Position numbers and translations under genes: made by a program. Source: Gammaproteobacteria bacterium (GTDB lineage Bacteria > Pseudomonadota > Gammaproteobacteria > JBIOEC01). Taken from it: a stretch of DNA of 32,000 nucleotides. Positions within the stretch are counted from its first letter, which is position 1. Each line of letters begins with the position of its first letter. The notes under the pieces were generated by a model. It did not search any database. It was not told the origin of the DNA and worked only from the letters and a program-made list of their open reading frames with translations. Positions 1 to 7,691 of the stretch are shown piece after piece. The stretch is taken from positions 720,001 to 752,000 of the forward strand of contig OZ257143.1 in NCBI GenBank assembly GCA_965279305.1, in the 5' to 3' direction.

Positions 1-795
1 CCCAGAAATCGTAAAAGACCCCCAAAAAAATTTGTAAAACCCATTGTGGCTGTAAACTTAAAAAAATACAAAACACTACTTGAACCTCAATCTATTTCAA
101 CCTCTCAACCCGCAGAAAAAAAGGAAAGTACTACTTATATCAATTCGGCAGCAGCATCAGAGTCACAAGCTTTAGCAGCCTCTCAAGGTGTAAGAGTGCC
201 GTCAAAACCGATTGAAAAAGCAGCACAGCTAGAAGAGGTAGAAGCTAGAGCACCTGAGCCTGTTCCCCTATTGGTGGAAAATGGAATTTCAGAGATTGAA
301 TGGGGTGAAGGTATTCCAACATATAATGAAGAAAATGACAAACTTTTTATAAAAGTTGAACGTTATTGTGATATTGTTCCTTCTATACCCACCTTCATGA
401 TAGTTGATGAGGATGTTCTGCAAGAAACTGCTGATGAAGGGTATAGTAGTAGATTATTAGCAAAATTATCTGAGGGGATTATCTACTCTGATGATAGTAA
501 AGATCTGGTGCAAAGATCATATAACCATGAAACTTCCACCAAAGAGTTGCAATATCAGATCCGGATCAGATTGGAAGGACCGCACGATATTGGTTGGTTT
601 GCTAGAGCACTTCATAAATACAATAAAAACGGAAAAAAGGAGGCCACCCTTTGGATCTTTGATTTAGCCCGTTCTCATAAGGCGGAAAAGAGAGAGATGA
701 AAGATCATACAGGCGTGGGTACGTTGATTCCTAAAAAAGCGAATAAATCTGTGGCTCCTAGACCAGGCCAAAGACTATCTACTAATGTACGTTAA
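1..795 (+). CDS. Hypothetical protein, 5'-truncated by the window edge (no recognisable family)
   Basis: The ORF track starts at GTG 46, but the same frame is open back to base 1 (ccc aga aat cgt aaa aga ccc cca aaa aaa ttt gta aaa ccc att = PRNRKRPPKKFVKPI) with no stop. The gene therefore probably begins upstream of the window. I recognise no catalytic motifs. Confidence 0.5.
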   Translation, partial: PRNRKRPPKKFVKPIVAVNLKKYKTLLEPQSISTSQPAEKKESTTYINSAAASESQALAASQGVRVPSKPIEKAAQLEEVEARAPEPVPLLVENGISEIEWGEGIPTYNEENDKLFIKVERYCDIVPSIPTFMIVDEDVLQETADEGYSSRLLAKLSEGIIYSDDSKDLVQRSYNHETSTKELQYQIRIRLEGPHDIGWFARALHKYNKNGKKEATLWIFDLARSHKAEKREMKDHTGVGTLIPKKANKSVAPRPGQRLSTNVR

Positions 796-813
796 ACCTT
801 TCAAAATAGCTCA

Positions 814-1317
814 ATGCCACGTAATATACCCATCATGAATTCTCTAGCAAAATATGAAATAATACTACGCTCAATGGAAATAAGGGATATTCCCCAAATA
901 GCCCATATTGAGCAGCAAGTAGAGCCCTCTCCATGGTCTGAAACCATGTTTGTGGATTCTATACGAGTAGGGTTTTTGGCCTGGGTATTGGTTCATCAAC
1001 AAGAAATTGTGGGATACGGGTTGATTTCAGTAGTGGCTGATGAATGCGAAATTCTGAATATTGCGGTAGCCCCTAGTTGGCAGCGCAAAGGTTTTGGGTA
1101 TGAATTGCTGAGTCAAATGCTTGAAATGGCCTATGTGAAAGGTGCGAGAGTGTGCCATTTAGAGGTCAGACAATCTAATGTGGCGGCTCAAGATTTGTAT
1201 AAACGCTTGAGTTTTAAACCAGCTGGTTTTCGTAAAGATTATTATATAACGCCAACTGGCAAAGAAGATGCTGTTACATTAAAAGCAGTATTGAAAAAAA
1301 ATGAAGGAATGAAGTAA
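814..1317 (+). CDS. rimI: Ribosomal-protein-alanine N-acetyltransferase (GNAT family, RimI-like)
   Basis: It carries the GNAT acetyl-CoA motif [10 protein letters not shown] and a [19 protein letters not shown] block that aligns with E. coli RimI (LEVRASNAAAIALYESLGF). It lies directly upstream of prfC, as in enterobacterial rimI...prfC synteny. The start is uncertain; M8 at 835 is also possible. Confidence 0.8.
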   Translation: MPRNIPIMNSLAKYEIILRSMEIRDIPQIAHIEQQVEPSPWSETMFVDSIRVGFLAWVLVHQQEIVGYGLISVVADECEILNIAVAPSWQRKGFGYELLSQMLEMAYVKGARVCHLEVRQSNVAAQDLYKRLSFKPAGFRKDYYITPTGKEDAVTLKAVLKKNEGMK

Positions 1318-1321
1318 AGCA

Positions 1322-2890
1322 ATGGTCACTCATAAACCTCGTCGCACGTTTGCGATTATTTCACATCCTGATGCTGGTAAAACTACCATCACTGAAAAAT
1401 TATTATTGTTCGGTGGTGCTATTCAGTTGGCAGGTACCGTTAAAGGCCGAAAAGCTTCACGTCATGCTACATCAGATTGGATGGCTCTAGAGCAACAACG
1501 CGGAATTTCAGTCACCACGTCTGTTATGCAGTTTCCTTATCGTGATTGTATTTTAAATTTATTAGATACTCCAGGTCACGAAGATTTTTCTGAAGACACT
1601 TATCGCACGTTGACGGCAGTGGATTCAGCTTTAATGGTGATTGACGGTGCAAAAGGTGTTGAAACTCGTACCATTAAATTAATGGAAGTATGTCGTTTAC
1701 GAACCACGCCGATTATTACCTTTATTAATAAAATGGATAGAGATAGCCGCGAACCTATTGAATTGTTAGATGAAATTGAAAAGGTTTTATCTATTCATTG
1801 CTCACCTATTACTTGGCCTATTGGTATGGGTAAAGAATTTAAAGGTATTTATCATATATTAAAAGATGAAGTGCATCTTTATTCGCCAGGTAAAAATGAG
1901 CGTGCTCAAACAGCTCGTGTTATTAAAGGCTTAGATAATCCTGAATTAAAAACACTATTAGAAGACAGATTAGAGGCTTTTAAAGACGAATTGGAGTTAG
2001 TAAAAGGGGCTACCCAACCTTTTAATTTAGAGTCTTTTTTAGCAGGAAAATTAACACCTGTATTTTTCGGATCGGCGATTAATAATTTCGGTGTTCAAGA
2101 ATTGTTGGATGCGTTTTCTGAATACGCGCCTGGTCCACTTCCACGACAAGCAGACCAACGAATAGTAGAGCCTGAAGAAGAAAAATTAACGGGCTTTGTA
2201 TTTAAAATTCAAGCGAATATGGATCCTGCTCATCGCGATCGTATAGCGTTTATGCGTATTTGCTCCGGTAAATTTTCTAAAGGCATGAAAATGTATCAAG
2301 TGCGTACAGGAAAAGATTTAACAGTACATAATCCTTTAACCTTTTTAGCGGCTGAGCGCGAGTTGGTAGAAGAGGGTTGGCCAGGTGATATTATTGGATT
2401 GCATAATCACGGTACTATTCAAATTGGTGATACGTTTACGCAAGGTGAAAAATTAAAGTTTAAAGGTATTCCTAACTTTGCACCCGAATTATTCAGACGC
2501 GTACAATTAAGAGATCCTTTAAAAACAAAAGCATTATTAAAAGGACTTGTGCAATTATCAGAGGAAGGTGCTACACAATTATTTAGACCCTTGCGCAATA
2601 ACGATTTAATCTTAGGCGCTGTGGGTATATTACAGTTTGATGTGGTTGCTCACCGTTTGCAGCATGAATATGGTGTGGCGTGCAGTTATGACCAAGTGAA
2701 TGTGGCTCAAGCCCGCTGGATTTATTGTGATGATCCTAAAATGCTAGAAGAATTTAAAGTAAAAGCCTATGATAATTTAGCGTTGGATGGTAGCGATCAA
2801 CTTACTTATTTGGCGCCTACTCGTGTCAATTTAGATTTAGCCATGGAACGCTGGCCAGGCGTGAAATTCTTGAGCACTCGGGAACATTGA
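1322..2890 (+). CDS. prfC: Peptide chain release factor 3 (translational GTPase)
   Basis: GTPase motifs are present: G1 [10 protein letters not shown]3 DTPGHEDF and G4 NKMD. The length (522 aa) and overall sequence are typical of RF3. Confidence 0.95.
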   Translation: MVTHKPRRTFAIISHPDAGKTTITEKLLLFGGAIQLAGTVKGRKASRHATSDWMALEQQRGISVTTSVMQFPYRDCILNLLDTPGHEDFSEDTYRTLTAVDSALMVIDGAKGVETRTIKLMEVCRLRTTPIITFINKMDRDSREPIELLDEIEKVLSIHCSPITWPIGMGKEFKGIYHILKDEVHLYSPGKNERAQTARVIKGLDNPELKTLLEDRLEAFKDELELVKGATQPFNLESFLAGKLTPVFFGSAINNFGVQELLDAFSEYAPGPLPRQADQRIVEPEEEKLTGFVFKIQANMDPAHRDRIAFMRICSGKFSKGMKMYQVRTGKDLTVHNPLTFLAAERELVEEGWPGDIIGLHNHGTIQIGDTFTQGEKLKFKGIPNFAPELFRRVQLRDPLKTKALLKGLVQLSEEGATQLFRPLRNNDLILGAVGILQFDVVAHRLQHEYGVACSYDQVNVAQARWIYCDDPKMLEEFKVKAYDNLALDGSDQLTYLAPTRVNLDLAMERWPGVKFLSTREH

Positions 2891-2925
2891 GTACCCCTCA
2901 CCCGCTCAGCCCTTCGGGCTTCTCG

Positions 2926-2954
2926 ACCTCTCCCACAAGGGGAGAGGTGATTTT
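2926..2954 (+). terminator. Stem-loop with a short T-run downstream of prfC, in the gap between convergent prfC and sdaA
   Basis: A 9-bp stem acctctccc / gggagaggt (2926-2934 / 2940-2948) has a 5-nt loop and is followed by gatttta. A second small hairpin, agccc-ttc-gggct, lies at 2908-2920. Confidence 0.55.
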
Positions 2955-2956
2955 AA

Positions 2957-4309
2957 TTAGCATTCGATCATATTCACGGCTAATCCACCTAGCGATGTTT
3001 CTTTATAAATCGTAGACATATCTTTGCCTAACTGATTCATCGTAGCAATTACCGTATCTAACGATACTTTATGTTCACCCGTTTCTTCTAACGCTAATCG
3101 GGCGGCATTGATGGCTTTTACTGATCCCATAGCATTGCGTTCAATACACGGAATTTGCACTAAACCTTTAGGCGGATCACAAGGCAAACCTAAATTATGT
3201 TCCATACCAATTTCGGCTGCATTTTCTACTTGCTCTAATGTTCCGCCTAATGAGGCAGCTAATGCGCCTGCGGCCATTGAACAGGCTACGCCCACTTCGC
3301 CTTGGCAACCTACTTCAGCACCTGAAATGGATGCTCGTAATTTATATAAAATGGCAATAGCGTTCGCGGTCAGTAAAAAAGTAATCACGCCTTCTTCAGT
3401 AGCATCACAAAACGTTTTGTAATATTGTAGTACAGCAGGAATAATGCCTGCGGCACCATTCGTAGGAGCTGTTACAATGCGGCTACCGGCCGCATTTTCT
3501 TCACTCACTGCCAATGCAAATACGTTGATCCAATTCATAATATCAGTATGTTGTGTAGGACCTTTTTGCAATAATTTTTGATGTAATGAATGTGCACGAC
3601 GTTGTACATTAAGTCCACCGGGTAAAACACCTGGTGTTTCACAACCATGTTTCACGCATTCTTCCATTACTTTGGCAATACGCAATATTCCTGCTCGAGT
3701 GTCTGCTTCTGGTCGCCAGGTTTTTTCATTTTCCATAACGAGTTCTGCAATAGTAAGATTATGTTGTTTGCATAAAGCCATTAATTCAGCCGCTGTTTCA
3801 AATGGATAAGGCGGTTGTTTGGTTTCTGCTTTGGTGTGGCCAAATTCTTCGTCTGTCACAATAAAGCCGCCACCAATAGAATAATAAAGTTGCGATAAAA
3901 TAAGTTGCTCATTTTTATCAAAAGCTGAAAAACGCATACCGTTAGAATGCTTAGGTAACGTTTCTTTGTAATGAAATAATAGGTTTTTGTCGTAATTAAA
4001 ATGGATATGATGATCAGCTGAAATGGGAAGTTCTTGAGTATTAATAATTTCTTTCATACGCGATTCTATGGTTCGAGTATCAATAGTATCGGCTTTTTCA
4101 CCTGTTAATCCCATGATAACGGCTTTATCAGTTCCATGACCTTTTCCTGTCAGTGCGAGAGAACCATATAGATCAACTACTATTTTATTAACAGTAGAAA
4201 GATCGTTAATTTTAGACATAAAATCGTTAGCCGCTTTCATAGGGCCTACGGTGTGAGAGCTAGAAGGGCCAATACCAATTTTGAAAATTTCAAATACACT
4301 GATAGTCAT
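2957..4309 (-). CDS. sdaA: L-serine dehydratase (L-serine ammonia-lyase, single-chain Fe-S type)
   Basis: The N-terminus [23 protein letters not shown] matches E. coli SdaA ([23 protein letters not shown]), and the ~450 aa length fits. I chose the start at the third codon of the ORF (ATG 4309) because AAGGAA lies 6 nt upstream of it. The ORF itself opens at 4315. Confidence 0.9.
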   Translation of the reverse strand: MTISVFEIFKIGIGPSSSHTVGPMKAANDFMSKINDLSTVNKIVVDLYGSLALTGKGHGTDKAVIMGLTGEKADTIDTRTIESRMKEIINTQELPISADHHIHFNYDKNLLFHYKETLPKHSNGMRFSAFDKNEQLILSQLYYSIGGGFIVTDEEFGHTKAETKQPPYPFETAAELMALCKQHNLTIAELVMENEKTWRPEADTRAGILRIAKVMEECVKHGCETPGVLPGGLNVQRRAHSLHQKLLQKGPTQHTDIMNWINVFALAVSEENAAGSRIVTAPTNGAAGIIPAVLQYYKTFCDATEEGVITFLLTANAIAILYKLRASISGAEVGCQGEVGVACSMAAGALAASLGGTLEQVENAAEIGMEHNLGLPCDPPKGLVQIPCIERNAMGSVKAINAARLALEETGEHKVSLDTVIATMNQLGKDMSTIYKETSLGGLAVNMIEC

Positions 4310-4414
4310 ATGCATTTCCTTTTGCTTATGAAGTGATCATAAAAGATAAGCGGTGAATAAGCAAATTTTATTCCTATGAACCTGTTGTCAAAGAGGGGAA
4401 CGTAATGAAAATAA

Positions 4415-5116
4415 TTAATTCATCGATTTACGACTAAAAAATAAGCCTAGTTCAAATAATAGGCATAAAGGTACCGCTAATAAAATTTGAGAAAACACAT
4501 CGGGCGGAGTTAATAACATGCCTACCACAAATGCCCCAATGATAATATAAGGGCGCTGCTTCACCAAGGTTTCTCTTTTCACTACTCCGGTGCGAATTAA
4601 TACCCATACCATCAGCGGCACTTCAAAAGTAGCTCCAAACGCTAAAAATAATTGTAAAACAAAATCTAAGTACGAATTAATATCAGTCATTACCATCACA
4701 CCGTCAGGAGCAGCGTGTACAAAAAATTTCATGACAATAGGTAATACTAAAAAATAAGCAAAGGCAGCACCAATATAAAACAAACCGCTACTGACAAATA
4801 ATAGTGGAAAAATCCATTGCTTTTCTTTTTTATATAAACCGGGCGAAACAAAAGCCCAAAATTGATAAAGTAAATAAGGTATAGCAATTAAAAAAGCAGT
4901 AACAATGACTAATTTAAAAGGGGCTAAAAAAGGAGAAGCGACTTGAGTAGCAATCATATGGCTGCCAGTAGGCATTTGTTGAAGTAAAGGTTGTGCTAAC
5001 CAGGTATATAAAGTGTTAGAGAAAGGAAATAATACCAGTATTAATGCAGCAAGAACGAATACACTTTTCAGTAAACGTTTTCTAATTTCAATTAAGTGTT
5101 GTGAAAAAGCCATCAT
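4415..5116 (-). CDS. tatC: Twin-arginine translocase subunit TatC
   Basis: This is a polytopic membrane protein of 233 aa. It is the last gene of a tatA-tatB-tatC series with 3-9 nt gaps, and its hydrophobic pattern is typical of TatC. Confidence 0.88.
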   Translation of the reverse strand: MMAFSQHLIEIRKRLLKSVFVLAALILVLFPFSNTLYTWLAQPLLQQMPTGSHMIATQVASPFLAPFKLVIVTAFLIAIPYLLYQFWAFVSPGLYKKEKQWIFPLLFVSSGLFYIGAAFAYFLVLPIVMKFFVHAAPDGVMVMTDINSYLDFVLQLFLAFGATFEVPLMVWVLIRTGVVKRETLVKQRPYIIIGAFVVGMLLTPPDVFSQILLAVPLCLLFELGLFFSRKSMN

Positions 5117-5119
5117 GGA

Positions 5120-5371
5120 TTAAGAATTTTCCGGCGGTTTATTAAGTAAATCACTGACATCGCTATGTTGAGAGGCTTTTTTGATACGCTCTTCAAGTTC
5201 TTCTATTTGTAACTGCTCTTCTGTTTGAGCATTTAAATCGGCTAACCATCGGCGGCTTCTGGCGTAAAAAATACCACACTTACGAGCCACATGAGGTAAT
5301 TGTTTAGGGCCTAACACCAATAGTGCGACAATAAAAACAACGGCTAACTCACCAATACTTACACCGAACAT
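5120..5371 (-). CDS. tatB: Twin-arginine translocase subunit TatB
   Basis: The N-terminus MFGVSIGELAVVFIVALLVLGPKQLP resembles E. coli TatB ([26 protein letters not shown]). Confidence 0.8.
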   Translation of the reverse strand: MFGVSIGELAVVFIVALLVLGPKQLPHVARKCGIFYARSRRWLADLNAQTEEQLQIEELEERIKKASQHSDVSDLLNKPPENS

Positions 5372-5380
5372 ATGGGTAAC

Positions 5381-5566
5381 CTATTTTTTGGGATGCTTTT
5401 TCTTTTTACTTTTAGAAGCGGTTCCTTCATGCATAGCGCTGCGAAAACTTTTTAAGGCTTTACCTAAATCTTTGCTCACATTTTTTAAACGTTTACCGCC
5501 AAAAATTAAAAGAACAATGACTAAAATAATAAGTAACTGACCAATGCTGATTCCACCAAAGCCCAT
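5381..5566 (-). CDS. tatA: Twin-arginine translocase subunit TatA
   Basis: [27 protein letters not shown]...[12 protein letters not shown] resembles E. coli TatA ([25 protein letters not shown]...IKGFKKAM). Confidence 0.85.
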   Translation of the reverse strand: MGFGGISIGQLLIILVIVLLIFGGKRLKNVSKDLGKALKSFRSAMHEGTASKSKKKKHPKK

Positions 5567-5579
5567 AGTTCACCTCGTT

Positions 5580-5921
5580 TTAAAAGTTAGGGAGTCGCTT
5601 TCCGCCCAACAAATGTAAATGCAAATGAAATACTACCTGTCCGCCATCGGCGCCATTATTAATCACTACTCTATAATCGGTTAACCCTTTTAGTTTAGCT
5701 ATTTTAGGAACCGCTGCTAGCAAATGTCCCATCAGAGCCGTATTGTCGGGAGTAATATCATTTAAATTGGTCATATGTATTTTGGGAACAATCAATAAAT
5801 GCACATCGGCTTTGGGATGAATATCGTTAAATGCTATGATTTCATCGTCTTCATATACCTTGTTGGCAGGTATTTCACCCTGAATTATTTTGCAGAATAT
5901 GCAATCAGTGCTCATAAGCAT
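5580..5921 (-). CDS. Histidine triad (HIT) family nucleotide-binding protein
   Basis: The HIT motif HLHLHLLGG lies near the C-terminus, CIFCKI lies at the N-terminus, and the size is ~110 aa. Confidence 0.85.
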   Translation of the reverse strand: MLMSTDCIFCKIIQGEIPANKVYEDDEIIAFNDIHPKADVHLLIVPKIHMTNLNDITPDNTALMGHLLAAVPKIAKLKGLTDYRVVINNGADGGQVVFHLHLHLLGGKRLPNF

Positions 5922-6055
5922 CTCGATAAGATTGATTTAATATTATGTCTGGCATACTAACGATTCTCTTCTAAAATAGCAAGAAGAATGTAATATTTGC
6001 TATTGTTCTTTTCTTAATATTTCTTTAATATTTAAAGAAGGAATAAGGAGTTAAT

Positions 6056-7177
6056 ATGTCATTGCGTTATTGGCTAGGTATATCACGTTGGCATGGTCTA
6101 CATTTTCGTGCCGTACAATCCATGCTCTCTAAGGTTGATTTAGCCCTATTATTTACATTGCCGGTTAATGAGCTAATAAATAGTGGTTTAAAAGAAGAAG
6201 TTGCTCATAATAGAGAGCATATCGATTGGCAGGCTGTGGATGCCGATATGGCTTGGGCTCAACAAGAACGCCGCCATATTCTTTGCTTTTCAGATAAGGC
6301 TTATCCTCCTTTGTTACGACAAATAGCGAGACCTCCCGTTGTACTCTATATATATGGTGCCACTGAGCGTATTGGCCAGGCGGGTTTAGCTATTGTAGGC
6401 AGCCGGAAACCCAGTGCTTTAGGTAAAGAAACGGCATATGCATTTGCTCAAACGTGCGCTAGTTTGAATATTCCCGTTTGTAGCGGTTTAGCTTATGGTA
6501 TTGATGCTGCTGCTCATCGAGGGGCTGTAGAAATGGGGGGGATTACCTTCGCAATACTGGGAAGTGGTCTAGACTCTATCTATCCCAAAGCGCATATAGG
6601 GCTAGCCGAGGAAATAGCAGATAAAGGAGCTATTATTAGTGAGTTCCCTCCGGACATAGGGCCATCGGCGGCTCATTTTCCTCAGCGTAACCGGATTATC
6701 AGTGGATTAAGTGCTGGAGTATTGGTGGTAGAAGCGGCTACGCAGAGTGGCTCTTTAATTACAGCGCGGTATGCCTTGGAGCAGGGAAGAGAAGTATTTG
6801 CAGTGCCGGGATCTATTTATAATCCCTTATCCCGAGGGGGACATTTGTTAATCCGCCAAGGAGCAATATTGGTTGAGTCCATAGAGGATATTATCAAAGA
6901 ATTAGGGGACACTGTTGACATCTTTGGCAATAATCGGCAGGATGTCGAGCAACTAGAGCAAGGGATGGACATAAACAGGGCAAGTAAGGTTGCCATGCTT
7001 TCCTCTGTGCAACAAGTATTATGGGGCGTGCTAGAAGCGCCAAGCAGTCTAGATGAATTGATAAGACGCAGTGAGCTGCCAGTAAAGCAACTAAGGCATG
7101 AGCTTATCCAATTAGAATTATTGGGTTACGCAAAAGAAGTGCACGGGCGCTATCAGCGTTGTTGGCCTGAATTGTAG
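6056..7177 (+). CDS. dprA: DNA processing protein DprA (Smf)
   Basis: Blocks IVGSRKPSALGKE and GLAYGIDAAAHRGA and the Rossmann-like DprA core are present. The RBS aaggag lies upstream of ATG 6056. Smg follows, as in many gammaproteobacteria. Confidence 0.9.
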   Translation: MSLRYWLGISRWHGLHFRAVQSMLSKVDLALLFTLPVNELINSGLKEEVAHNREHIDWQAVDADMAWAQQERRHILCFSDKAYPPLLRQIARPPVVLYIYGATERIGQAGLAIVGSRKPSALGKETAYAFAQTCASLNIPVCSGLAYGIDAAAHRGAVEMGGITFAILGSGLDSIYPKAHIGLAEEIADKGAIISEFPPDIGPSAAHFPQRNRIISGLSAGVLVVEAATQSGSLITARYALEQGREVFAVPGSIYNPLSRGGHLLIRQGAILVESIEDIIKELGDTVDIFGNNRQDVEQLEQGMDINRASKVAMLSSVQQVLWGVLEAPSSLDELIRRSELPVKQLRHELIQLELLGYAKEVHGRYQRCWPEL

Positions 7178-7207
7178 ATGTACTGATAAAATTTTAGGAA
7201 ACAGTTA

Positions 7208-7672
7208 ATGATAAACGTATTACTTTATTTATTTAATCGCGAAAAAGTAGATAAACAAATATTTACCACTCATAGACTTGAGATCCAGCAAGAATTGGCA
7301 GCTGAACGTTTTCCTCCGCATGCGATCACGCAAGCATTGAATTGGTTAAAAGAATTGAAAGAGCAGATCACTGATGTTTCATTGCGAGACAATTTAAGCT
7401 CAAATAGCATCAGAATATGGTTACCCGCTGAGTTAAGTAAACTAGGTATAGACGCTTTAGATTTTTTATCGGATTTGGAAAATCAAGGTGTATTAAATGC
7501 TTGGCAGCGTGAAATTATTGTTGATAGAGCGATGGCTATCAATACTCCAAAAGTAGATTTGGAAGTATTTAAATCCATTACCTTAATGGTGCTTTATCAT
7601 TATCAAAATGAAGGCATTTCTATTCCCTGGATAGAACATGTATTAACTAAAGATACTTTGAAAATGCATTAA
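7208..7672 (+). CDS. smg: Smg protein (DUF494)
   Basis: The N-terminus MINVLLYLF and the C-terminal half (ITLMVLYHY) resemble E. coli Smg (MFDVLMYLF... ILMVLFN). The position between dprA and topA also fits. Confidence 0.85.
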   Translation: MINVLLYLFNREKVDKQIFTTHRLEIQQELAAERFPPHAITQALNWLKELKEQITDVSLRDNLSSNSIRIWLPAELSKLGIDALDFLSDLENQGVLNAWQREIIVDRAMAINTPKVDLEVFKSITLMVLYHYQNEGISIPWIEHVLTKDTLKMH

Positions 7673-7691
7673 ACCAATAGAGAGCAGACGA

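Noticed and set aside
3108-3422. 104-aa plus-strand ORF inside sdaA
   Set aside because: It is antisense to a strongly supported conserved gene, with low-complexity Ala/Pro/Ser content and no motifs. The same reasoning rejects the other short antisense or alternate-frame ORFs in the track: 9119-9355, 10622-10834, 10880-11104, 11947-12144, 12684-12917, 13028-13216, 13521-13709, 15998-16198, 16865-17065, 17187-17396, 17429-17755, 20595-20804, 21541-21723, 23093-23392, 25677-25868, 26325-26570, 26967-27149, 27150-27356, 27401-27634, 27676-27873 and 31197-31388.
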